A DNA stretch of 63,888 nt, the filler included, from an uncultured bacterium (lineage in GTDB: Bacteria; Auribacterota; CAZIXI01): the NCBI GenBank assembly GCA_964543115.1. It is 3 parts of 3 records of this genome, joined end to end, with 100 filler letters (N's around TTAATTAATTAA, not from the genome) between each part and the next. Parts side by side here need not be neighbours in the genome. Positions count along the whole stretch, not along the records: positions 1 to 26,830 come from CAZIXI010000013.1; 2 more parts are not named here. One strand, 5' to 3'. The translations under genes and the position numbers were made by a program. The notes below the pieces were generated by a model. That model did no database searches and was not told the origin of the DNA. It saw nothing but the letters and a program-made list of their open reading frames with translations. Below, piece after piece: positions 9,124 to 17,270 of this stretch. How positions within the stretch are numbered: position 1 is the first letter of the stretch; every line of letters starts with the position of its first letter.

Positions 9124-9939
9124 ATGGCACATGAATTTAACACACGGGGAAGTAATTGGTATGGGAATTTCTCAGTATGGGACTCAACGGTATGCCCTCA
9201 AAAGCATACGTCCCTTTTTGAGCTAGTTCCCTTGGCAATGCTGTCATATCCGAACCTAGCATTTACGTTTTTCGATGACTTCATCACCATGCCATCGACC
9301 AAGGCCGCACAATCCGGCCATTGGGCTGTGACTGAGGATGATGGAGCAGACGGAACGGACGCTGTGCAGGAAGCCGTAAACGGCGTTTATCGCCACTACT
9401 GCGACGGAGACGATAATGACGAGGCATACGTCCATCACAATCTCGAGATGTTCCAACTCAGGAATGGGAAACACTTATTTTGGCAAGCTCGGGTCAAGTT
9501 GACCGAAAGTGCCACGAATAAGGCGAATTTCATCGTCGGACTGAGTGAAAACGTTGGGGCAGACCACTTGGTTGATAACGGAGGCGGACCGCCAGCTAAC
9601 TATGACGGCATGTGCTGGTACAAGCTAGACTCGAATATGTTTATCGAGTTTGAGACATCGTTGGCAGCAGCACAGGTTGAATCATCTGATGTGGCCGCTC
9701 ATACGTCCGGCACGTGGTACGAACTCGGTGCATGGTGTAAGCCTAACACGGCTACGACGTTTACAGTGTTTCCGTATTATCGGATAGGCACAGCGAACGG
9801 AGTTCTGAGGGCATCCAATACTCACGCATTGACTCTTACGGGTCACGGTGAGATGGAAGCCTTTTTTGGTGTCAAGGCAGGCTCTGGAGCCGAGGAGTAT
9901 ATCGAGATCGATTACTTCTGGGTATGCCAGGAGAGATAG
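9124..9939 (+). CDS. Putative virion structural protein (beta-sandwich / ConA-like)
   Basis: SD AGGAGG. FFDDF at the N-terminus and IEIDYFWVCQER at the C-terminus are typical of jelly-roll domains. Confidence 0.5.
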   Translation: MAHEFNTRGSNWYGNFSVWDSTVCPQKHTSLFELVPLAMLSYPNLAFTFFDDFITMPSTKAAQSGHWAVTEDDGADGTDAVQEAVNGVYRHYCDGDDNDEAYVHHNLEMFQLRNGKHLFWQARVKLTESATNKANFIVGLSENVGADHLVDNGGGPPANYDGMCWYKLDSNMFIEFETSLAAAQVESSDVAAHTSGTWYELGAWCKPNTATTFTVFPYYRIGTANGVLRASNTHALTLTGHGEMEAFFGVKAGSGAEEYIEIDYFWVCQER

Positions 9940-10044
9940 GCGATAGTGAAAATGAATCGGGATAACGGGGCAGAGATGGCCTCTGGCTTGTCCAGGTATG
10001 GCGTCCCTTCCCCTGTTCCCGATAAATAAAAAAAGGAGAATAAT

Positions 10045-10242
10045 ATGAAAAAAGTAAAACTTATTATCGAGGCAACAAAAGAGGAAAACGAAATAACCAT
10101 TCCATTGCATATTCGAGGCGTCGAAACGTGTACATCTTTTAATGGAGAGCCAAAGTTGGTCATCACCGCAATCGGTGAGAAAAAATCAGAAGTGGAAAAT
10201 TGGGGGAAACTGGCAGTTGAAGCAACCCCATTTTCGGAGTAA
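10045..10242 (+). CDS. Hypothetical protein
   Basis: AAGGAG SD, 65-aa ORF in operon orientation. Confidence 0.5.
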   Translation: MKKVKLIIEATKEENEITIPLHIRGVETCTSFNGEPKLVITAIGEKKSEVENWGKLAVEATPFSE

Positions 10243-10245
10243 GGC

Positions 10246-11124
10246 ATGGAATCAAAACCATACGAGCAGTTCTGGAATATCCAAGCAGAGCCGCTAGAGC
10301 TAAACAGCCGAGCTGATATGAGGTGTATTTTCTGTAATGGAAAAATGGAGGTCTCACATGGCGTATATTTCGAGTTCGAGCTTACCATGCACGGACCCGT
10401 TGATAAGAAAAGTCACGCTATGGATACGTGGGTCAGATGTCAAGATTGCGGATACACAAACGTGCACGGAGTCGCTATTAACGAGGCGACACATCGGGCT
10501 ATTGAGAGAATAGTCCAGACCGCTCCTCAGATGGACCCGCAGGGTAAAATCACAGAAAGGGATGCGGACTTTGAAATCGAGGAAGGGACGAAAGGGATGG
10601 TATTCCCTTTCAACAAAAAGGAGCCAAATATGAAACCAGGAAAACCTGCATGGGACGGGTATGAAAACATAGTCGCTCTTGTGCCAAAATTTGATATGAC
10701 ATGCAAGATGTGCGGGAATTGGATGAAGATGGAGAAGAACAAAGGGAACTTTAAGGACGTTAAGCTCATAGACGGACAAGTACCTCTTGTGCTCAGGCAC
10801 TCCAGGATGCATAAAATCCGGAGGACGAAAGTTGTAAAAAGACTGAGGCCGCCGTTTCGGTTTCCGTTTTTTGACAAGTTTCAAATAACAATCGAAAAAC
10901 CAACAGGTAATTGGTTTACGTTGCCTGTTTTTAGGATAAGCTACAAATGTCCTGTATGCGATTGGCTGCCTACGTTTATAGTGCCAGTCCCGCAGGATTA
11001 CTGGGATACAATTTTAGGGCTGAGGAAAGGCGAGCCGATGTACTATCCACCGCTTGACGAGTGGGGGAAAGAGGCGGATTACGACCTCGTAAAGGAGAAG
11101 CTCGAATCTCTCGGCTACGTATAA
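10246..11124 (+). CDS. Hypothetical protein with two split zinc-ribbon modules
   Basis: CIFC...CQDC and CKMC...CPVC pairs. Confidence 0.6.
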   Translation: MESKPYEQFWNIQAEPLELNSRADMRCIFCNGKMEVSHGVYFEFELTMHGPVDKKSHAMDTWVRCQDCGYTNVHGVAINEATHRAIERIVQTAPQMDPQGKITERDADFEIEEGTKGMVFPFNKKEPNMKPGKPAWDGYENIVALVPKFDMTCKMCGNWMKMEKNKGNFKDVKLIDGQVPLVLRHSRMHKIRRTKVVKRLRPPFRFPFFDKFQITIEKPTGNWFTLPVFRISYKCPVCDWLPTFIVPVPQDYWDTILGLRKGEPMYYPPLDEWGKEADYDLVKEKLESLGYV

Positions 11125-11134
11125 GGAGGATAAA

Positions 11135-11491
11135 ATGAAAAAGCTGCTTATAGCCTTAGCGGTTATACTGCTAATTCTTCCGGCGTTTGGGAACTTGAGG
11201 TACTCGTATGATTTCTTGGCTGCTGATGAGACGGTGGATGATAATACAACTTCAGTCCACGGGACAGGTTTTGCTGCATATACGACAGGTGGAACAGTTC
11301 AGGAGGCTACACATTTGGAAGTTCATTCCCATAGAAAATTTGCCATACAGGATGATATTGGAAGTTCTAGCGGTGGTAATCTCGTATCTTTGACGGCAAC
11401 AAATACTATTGAAATGTACATAAAGGGAGTTACGGATGCGACGAATTTTACTTTCGATTGTCTTACAGTGAGGATAGTTAGGATTAATTAA
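11135..11491 (+). CDS. Hypothetical protein with signal-peptide-like N-terminus
   Basis: GGAGG SD, MKKLLIALAVILLILPAFG. Confidence 0.6.
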   Translation: MKKLLIALAVILLILPAFGNLRYSYDFLAADETVDDNTTSVHGTGFAAYTTGGTVQEATHLEVHSHRKFAIQDDIGSSSGGNLVSLTATNTIEMYIKGVTDATNFTFDCLTVRIVRIN

Positions 11492-11503
11492 CGGAGGTGT
11501 AAA

Positions 11504-12628
11504 ATGGCCGTAGCTTCAGATTCTTTAATTACAGTCGAAGATTACAAGAGCTGGAAAGGAATCGAGAACAGCATGATTGAAAGAGACGCAATCTCTCTTT
11601 ACTGTTCTGCAGGAGACGCTACGGCAGCTACAGTCACGAAAAGTGGAGATACTCTTACCCTTGTGATCACAGGCGGGACAAGTGCCGGAACGAACGCCTT
11701 GGATTTAACAGCCGCAGCAAACGATACGCTCGGAGAACTGGCCGCAGTGATTGAGGCTCTTGCGGGATGGACAGCGACTTTAATTGGTTGGAGTTCAGCG
11801 GATTCGACTGATCTAAAAAACCTAGCCTCGACAAGCGTGCTCGGTTCATCGCTGGAAAAGACGCTTATCTTTTACGATAACTATATCATCGAACGGATGA
11901 TTGACATGGCAAGCGATGTTATAGAGAATTACCTGAACAGGAAAATTAAAACCGCTACGTACACAAACGAAAGATACGACGGCGGAAAAGATATGGTTTT
12001 CCTCGAACAGTATCCGGTCACAGCCGTAACTCAGGTGTGCAACGGATATGAAGACCCGATAAGGATAAAAAACACGTCTGGAAAATTCAACGCCTAAGCG
12101 ATTGTATCGGCTACGGGGGTTGCGTTGAATGTAGATGGAACGCCTGTAGCAGAAAAGACCTTTGCATCGTATGCGACAATGGCGCTCTTGGCGGCGGCTC
12201 TAAACGCAGAGAGCGGATGGGAGGCGTCGTGTCCTACGAGTGCATACAACGATTGGCCTTCGAGCCTGTTGTTTGTCCAACCGAATGTTTTCTGTCTGGA
12301 CATGTATGGATACCTTCAATGTCCTAGTGATCCGCTTGAAGACTACACTTTTGACCTCAGAGACGGGATTGTTTATCTTCCTGGGGGATTCGCAGGTGGG
12401 TATAAGGATGTTTTTGTCACATACGTTGCCGGATACTCAACGGTTCCGGATGATATTATCTACGGCGTGTGTAAATTTGTGGGCTGGATGGACGACGGAA
12501 GAGAGGAAGACGAAAGCATGAAGGGTGAAAAGTTGGGAGATTACAATTATACGAGAGCCGACCTTGAAGAAGCCTTATCGGTCTCGGAGATCAAAGCGCT
12601 GAGAAAACACAGGAGGCCGTTGATCTGA
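11504..12628 (+). CDS. Head-tail connector/adaptor (gp6-like) with inserted domains, interrupted by an in-frame TAA at 12095-12097
   Basis: Track ORFs 11504-12097 and 12125-12628 share a frame. IENYLNRK...ERYDG...LEQYPVT before the stop, VTYVAGYSTVPDDI...GEKLGDYNY after it. Confidence 0.75.
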
Positions 12629-12963
12629 TGAGCTTAAAAACTATGATCCGGAAAGCGCACACAAAATGTGACATCAAATCTCTTTCTACCTCTAAGGGTG
12701 CAGGAGGAAAACTCACTAAAACCTGGAGCATGAGATACCATGATGTACCATGTCGAATGAACGCCGAGATGTCTCAAGCTGAAATACTCCGTTATCAAAA
12801 AGCGAGCATATTTCCGGATTTTATCATGTATGTCTTGTACCGGAGCGGGATAGAAATAACAGACAGAGTGATTTTTAAGAGCAGAACTTTCGATATAAAA
12901 AAAATAGACGACTGGGACGAACAGCAAAAATATCTTAAACTTGCATTAAAGGAGATTGTATGA
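12628..12963 (+). CDS. Head closure protein (SPP1 gp16-like)
   Basis: Position in the operon. TWS..YHDVPCR, DRVIF...FDIKKI. Confidence 0.75.
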   Translation: MSLKTMIRKAHTKCDIKSLSTSKGAGGKLTKTWSMRYHDVPCRMNAEMSQAEILRYQKASIFPDFIMYVLYRSGIEITDRVIFKSRTFDIKKIDDWDEQQKYLKLALKEIV

Positions 12964-13343
12964 ACGAAAAAAAATCCAATACTCCCGAAGAGGTTCTCGC
13001 ACGTTTTCTTGCGTGCTGGAAGGAGAGACAATGGGATAAAATGGTCGAATTTACCCAGCTATCCTGGGTTGATGCTTGCGACGACCCAGTGGAAATGCTG
13101 AAGGGCACTTTCTCGTATAAGCCACTTAAAATTACCGTTGTCGGAGCGGAGAAAATAAGCGACGTGGCGTATAAAGCTGTGCTGGATATAGCATACGCAC
13201 CGGCAAGAGGAGTTATTACAAACATGAAAGTAGAAGCCAGGGTGATTTGCGAGGCCGTACCTATGCAGCCGGACCCGAATGGTGTGTGGGGTGTAAATCC
13301 TGAAAGTTTATGGAATAGGATCGATGGCGAAAAGACCGGTTAA
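12960..13343 (+). CDS. Hypothetical protein
   Basis: ATGA-coupled to the upstream gene, overlaps the next gene. Confidence 0.6.
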   Translation: MNEKKSNTPEEVLARFLACWKERQWDKMVEFTQLSWVDACDDPVEMLKGTFSYKPLKITVVGAEKISDVAYKAVLDIAYAPARGVITNMKVEARVICEAVPMQPDPNGVWGVNPESLWNRIDGEKTG

Positions 13344-13794
13344 TCCGACAATAAAAATGAGCGGAGTGGAAGCTCTTGCGGAGAACTTTAACAAGCTGCG
13401 AAAAAAGGCGAGGGACGGAGTGAGGAAAGCAACGATGGTCACTCTTATGCTTATCCAAAATGACGCAAAGAGATTTTGCCCGGTTGATACGAACAGGCTG
13501 AGGGCTTCTATTTCTTCAAACTGGACTGATTCAGGGATGGCAAGAGGAAGGGTTCAAGGTAAAGTCGAAGCGAGGCCGGGCAAAAAACCGAGTACGGCTG
13601 AAGATGGAATCGGGAACCCAGACGCCTTGGGACTAAAGGGAATAACCGGAGTGGTTGGGACAAATGTTGAATATGCAGAAGCCGTAGAAAATCTCACTCC
13701 TTTCCTTTGGGGAGCTTTCCAAACGAACAAAGCCGGCCATAAACAGAGACTTGTAACAGCCCTTGGTCGGGAGTTTGAAACCTTGAGAGTGTAA
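13324..13794 (+). CDS. HK97 gp10-like tail completion protein
   Basis: AKRFCPVDTNRLRASI, VGTNVEYAEAVE, PFLW.A. Confidence 0.8.
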   Translation: MAKRPVNPTIKMSGVEALAENFNKLRKKARDGVRKATMVTLMLIQNDAKRFCPVDTNRLRASISSNWTDSGMARGRVQGKVEARPGKKPSTAEDGIGNPDALGLKGITGVVGTNVEYAEAVENLTPFLWGAFQTNKAGHKQRLVTALGREFETLRV

Positions 13795-13795
13795 C

Positions 13796-14212
13796 ATGAG
13801 CGATGCAACAGACGTACCTTTTGATGACATCCAAAACGCTTGCTATGCGCTTTTTATAGCCGCACCTGCGATTACTGGGACGGTTTACGATGAAGTCGAT
13901 GAAAACGAGTCCTGGCCGTATACGATTTTAGGAGAGCCGAGCGACACTCCGATGGAAGCACGAGGCGTAAAAGGCCGGATTGTTATCGTCCCATTTGAAG
14001 TTTTTAGTCGTGGCGCTGGAGGGAAACAGGAAGCCTATACGATAATGAGCGAGATTGTCGTCAAACTTACGGCGGCTAAATTGACTATGACAAACTGGAG
14101 CGAGATATGGAAAACATTTAATGCTGGAAGAGTCGTTAGGGAGCAAAAAGAGGGAAGCCCGCTTGTATTTCGTGGAACGGTTACGATGTTAATCTCGGTG
14201 GCGAAGAAATGA
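13796..14212 (+). CDS. Tail terminator (DUF3168-like)
   Basis: VYDEVDENESWPYTILGE motif, position before the tail tube gene. Confidence 0.75.
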   Translation: MSDATDVPFDDIQNACYALFIAAPAITGTVYDEVDENESWPYTILGEPSDTPMEARGVKGRIVIVPFEVFSRGAGGKQEAYTIMSEIVVKLTAAKLTMTNWSEIWKTFNAGRVVREQKEGSPLVFRGTVTMLISVAKK

Positions 14213-14331
14213 AGATCTTATTTTTAATTTTCGTAATAATAATAATAGTGCTATATTTATTGATTCTAGTATGTGGCATTATTTTTTTTACTTCTATTGC
14301 ATTAAAAAATAATCCGAGGAATTTTCAATGA
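14209..14331 (+). CDS. 40-aa single-pass membrane peptide (below the ORF-track cutoff)
   Basis: MKILFLIFVIIIIVLYLLILVCGIIFFTSIALKNNPRNFQ, ATGA overlaps at both ends. Confidence 0.55.
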   Translation: MKILFLIFVIIIIVLYLLILVCGIIFFTSIALKNNPRNFQ

Positions 14332-15143
14332 AAATATTCGTAGCGTCAACAGGGAGATGCGGGACGGTTTTTATGTCCGAAATTTTCAGAAGATTGACCG
14401 CTATCCCGAGTTTCCATGAGCCAAAACCAAGGTGTGATGGCGAGATTCTAAAATATATCAACAAAGATAATACGCTGAAAAGGATGCCTAACAAAGTGAT
14501 GCAAGAGCTTGTGAATAAAATCACTCAAGTAAGAAATGATTCAGTCGATGGTAATTATTTTGAATCAAGCCAGTTATTCGTAAAAAGTTTTTGCTATTGG
14601 ATGATCGAGGCATTTAAAAAGGACGTTTATGTAATTTATTTACACAGAAATCCAATAGAAGTAACGATGTCATACTACAAGAAAAAAATACACCAGGAAA
14701 AACAATGGAACAGTTGGCATCTTCAGAGTCATTGGGGCAAGAACATATTGAAGACAAAAGGGAAGCTGAGTTTCTATGAAAACTGCCTGTGGCAATGTTA
14801 TGAAATCAGAGAGCGGTTTTTACGTTTATATTGGGAACTCCCAGAGCCAAACACGTTCGAATTTGACTTTAGAAAATTAAACGATGTGACCGAATGGAAG
14901 AGGCTTTTCAGGCAATTCAGAATAAAGCACAAGCCGTTTTCCAGCCTTCCCGTTGTCTCAAAAAATGAAATTGCGGGAGACAAACTGGAAACGCTGGAAG
15001 GGCTTTTATCGAAATGGGATGAGCCTGGGGTGTGGCCAGAGGACGAGCAGGATGATTTCGATCGGTTGGATTCGATAATTGACGAAGGTCAAAAAATTAT
15101 AACTCATAATACAAGAAGGATGGTAGCAAATGAACTTAGATGA
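14328..15143 (+). CDS. Sulfotransferase-family P-loop protein
   Basis: IFVASTGRCGT (5'-PSB-like), FHEP, IYLHRNP.EV.MS (3'-PB-like). Confidence 0.7.
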   Translation: MKIFVASTGRCGTVFMSEIFRRLTAIPSFHEPKPRCDGEILKYINKDNTLKRMPNKVMQELVNKITQVRNDSVDGNYFESSQLFVKSFCYWMIEAFKKDVYVIYLHRNPIEVTMSYYKKKIHQEKQWNSWHLQSHWGKNILKTKGKLSFYENCLWQCYEIRERFLRLYWELPEPNTFEFDFRKLNDVTEWKRLFRQFRIKHKPFSSLPVVSKNEIAGDKLETLEGLLSKWDEPGVWPEDEQDDFDRLDSIIDEGQKIITHNTRRMVANELR

Positions 15144-16017
15144 TGTCGCTGTGGTGGTGACAACGTTTATCCGGCCAAAGGAGCTTATGACTTGCGTGGC
15201 CAGTATAAGAAAATTCTACCCTGATATTAAAATAATGGTCGCCGATAATGGACGACCCCATGCAGAACAGGCCAAATTTATGCGTAATATGCATTGTGAG
15301 CACTTACTTTTACCTTTTGATAGTGGGCTTGCGATGACGAGAAATAAAGCGTTAGATCGGCTCTCTGAATATCCGTACATCATAATGACAGAAGACGACA
15401 TGGAGTTTACCGAAGAGTCGAGTATCGAGAAATTCAAGGCCGTCATAGAGGCGCATCCAGAAATAGGAGTTGTTGCCGGAGGGCTTGAGCTTGACTGCGG
15501 GACGAAGAATCTGTTTGCAAATGAGATATATGTAGATAAGTCAAAAAATATGTACAAAGTAAAAAAAATAGATTCCCCAGAATGGCATAACACAGGAGGG
15601 GTCAGATGGTATTATGCTGATTATGTCTATAATTTTCACATCATGCGCAATGCTCCCGATATCCGTTGGGATGCGGAGCTGAAACAATGTATTGAACATT
15701 TTGATTTTGCCGTACATATGAAGATAGAAACCGACTGGCTGGTAGCAGCGACTCCTGATATAGTTTGCAAACATCATGTGGCGGACGAATCCGCCGAGTA
15801 TGTGAAACACAGACGTAACTTCGAGACCTGGAAAACATTCTTTAAGAAACGAGGCGTCCGTTTCTTAGAGAGCGATTCTGAGAAAACGATGAGGGATTTT
15901 CAGACAGTAGAAAAGCTCTCGTATCCGGAATACATATACCGGATGATAAGGACAATGAACGAAGCCCAAAGCGGGGTCGATATGATAGACCGCTCGCTAT
16001 ACAGGGATATAAATTAA
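15130..16017 (+). CDS. Glycosyltransferase family 2
   Basis: VVVTTFIRP, IMVADNG, GLAMTRN, TEDD (DxD-like), EHFDF. Confidence 0.8.
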   Translation: MNLDDVAVVVTTFIRPKELMTCVASIRKFYPDIKIMVADNGRPHAEQAKFMRNMHCEHLLLPFDSGLAMTRNKALDRLSEYPYIIMTEDDMEFTEESSIEKFKAVIEAHPEIGVVAGGLELDCGTKNLFANEIYVDKSKNMYKVKKIDSPEWHNTGGVRWYYADYVYNFHIMRNAPDIRWDAELKQCIEHFDFAVHMKIETDWLVAATPDIVCKHHVADESAEYVKHRRNFETWKTFFKKRGVRFLESDSEKTMRDFQTVEKLSYPEYIYRMIRTMNEAQSGVDMIDRSLYRDIN

Positions 16018-16034
16018 TTTTTTAGGAGGCTAAA

Positions 16035-16481
16035 ATGGCAACTGACCACGTACCAATTTCAGGAGAATATTGTACTTTCTGGCTTGAGGGAGTCGCCGTG
16101 GCCGCTACCCGTACGTTCAATATGAACGTTGACCGGGCAAGCTATGGGACTTTTGTTGCTCGGGGTACGTCGAAATGGAGAACAAACTATGTCGCCGACA
16201 TCGGCGGAACGTTTGATGTCGATGGACTCATCGTAGTCCAGGACACCTCCCCGACCGAAAAGCAGTTTGACGACCTGTTCACTTACATGGGAGCAGGGAC
16301 ACGGGTGACAATTATCTTCACTCTCCGAACAAACACAAGCGGGGAAAAGACGTTCATCTACACAGCAGAGGCGTATATTACATCATTGACAGCAAGTGCG
16401 CCGCAATTCGGGGAGGCCACATGGTCTTGTTCACTGATCGTCTCGGGTGCAATAGCTCAGACGACAGGAACGGTTAGTTAA
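16035..16481 (+). CDS. Major tail tube protein
   Basis: AEAYITSLTASAP..EATWSCSLIVSGA, position before the chaperone and tape measure genes. Confidence 0.75.
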   Translation: MATDHVPISGEYCTFWLEGVAVAATRTFNMNVDRASYGTFVARGTSKWRTNYVADIGGTFDVDGLIVVQDTSPTEKQFDDLFTYMGAGTRVTIIFTLRTNTSGEKTFIYTAEAYITSLTASAPQFGEATWSCSLIVSGAIAQTTGTVS

Positions 16482-16497
16482 ATTATAAGGAGGTTTC

Positions 16498-16893
16498 ATG
16501 GAAGGAGCAATTTCGCACATTATCTTGAATCTCGATAAGCCGAGAAAATTTCGGATGGACATGACCGCAATCTATGATTTTCAGCATGAGACTGGGTTTA
16601 AAATGTCTCAACTCCCAACACTCGGACCAAAGATTGATGGGGACTCGTCTATTTTACTAAAGCTGATTTGGTGTGGAGTGAGACATGAGGACGAGAGTTT
16701 AACCTGGAGAGAGATAGGCAGGTTTATTCCACCGAAAGATTATGCTGATATTATGACTCGGGTGATCACCCACATCATTGAATCCCTAGGACTGAAGCGT
16801 CTAGCAAAAAAAGGAGAGAGGGCGACCCCCAAAAAGACGGTCCCCAAAAAGAGTGGGACTGGGAAGAAGCCCTCGAAACCGCAACAAAAGTAG
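16498..16893 (+). CDS. Tail assembly chaperone (lambda G-like)
   Basis: Between tube and TMP genes. LDKPRKFRMDMTAIYDF. Confidence 0.75.
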   Translation: MEGAISHIILNLDKPRKFRMDMTAIYDFQHETGFKMSQLPTLGPKIDGDSSILLKLIWCGVRHEDESLTWREIGRFIPPKDYADIMTRVITHIIESLGLKRLAKKGERATPKKTVPKKSGTGKKPSKPQQK

Positions 16894-17267
16894 GAATAGG
16901 GCCAGATAAATTCTGGCGGTTAACAGTACTCGAGTTTACGCTCGCTATCGATGGATTCGAGTGGCGAGAGAAAAACGAATGGTTCGGACGCGCAACTCAA
17001 TCCGCATGGCTTATGAATATGTGGAGTGGGAAAGGCCAGAGAATAACTGCTTCGAAGCTCCTTCCTCCAGAACTCCTGGAAGGGGTGCTTCCTGGAAAAG
17101 GAAAGGTTTATAAAACAAAGGCAGAGTGGGAAGAGAACAAAAAAGAAATAATGAAAATGGCAAAATGGCACGGCCAGGTATTAAAAGCTCTGAGAAGAGG
17201 CTGGAAAACGGCTACTATTGTAGGCCACGGAGAGCTTATGAAAGACTTTAAGGGCAAGAGGAAATAG
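16806..17267 (+). CDS. -1 frameshift extension of the chaperone (lambda GT-like); slippery site A AAA AAA G at 16806-16813
   Basis: The -1 frame is open from the slippery heptamer to 17267 and reads ...VGIGPDKFWRLTVLEF...GFEWRE, typical of T segments. Confidence 0.75.
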   Translation, partial: KKRREGDPQKDGPQKEWDWEEALETATKVGIGPDKFWRLTVLEFTLAIDGFEWREKNEWFGRATQSAWLMNMWSGKGQRITASKLLPPELLEGVLPGKGKVYKTKAEWEENKKEIMKMAKWHGQVLKALRRGWKTATIVGHGELMKDFKGKRK

Positions 17268-17270
17268 ACA

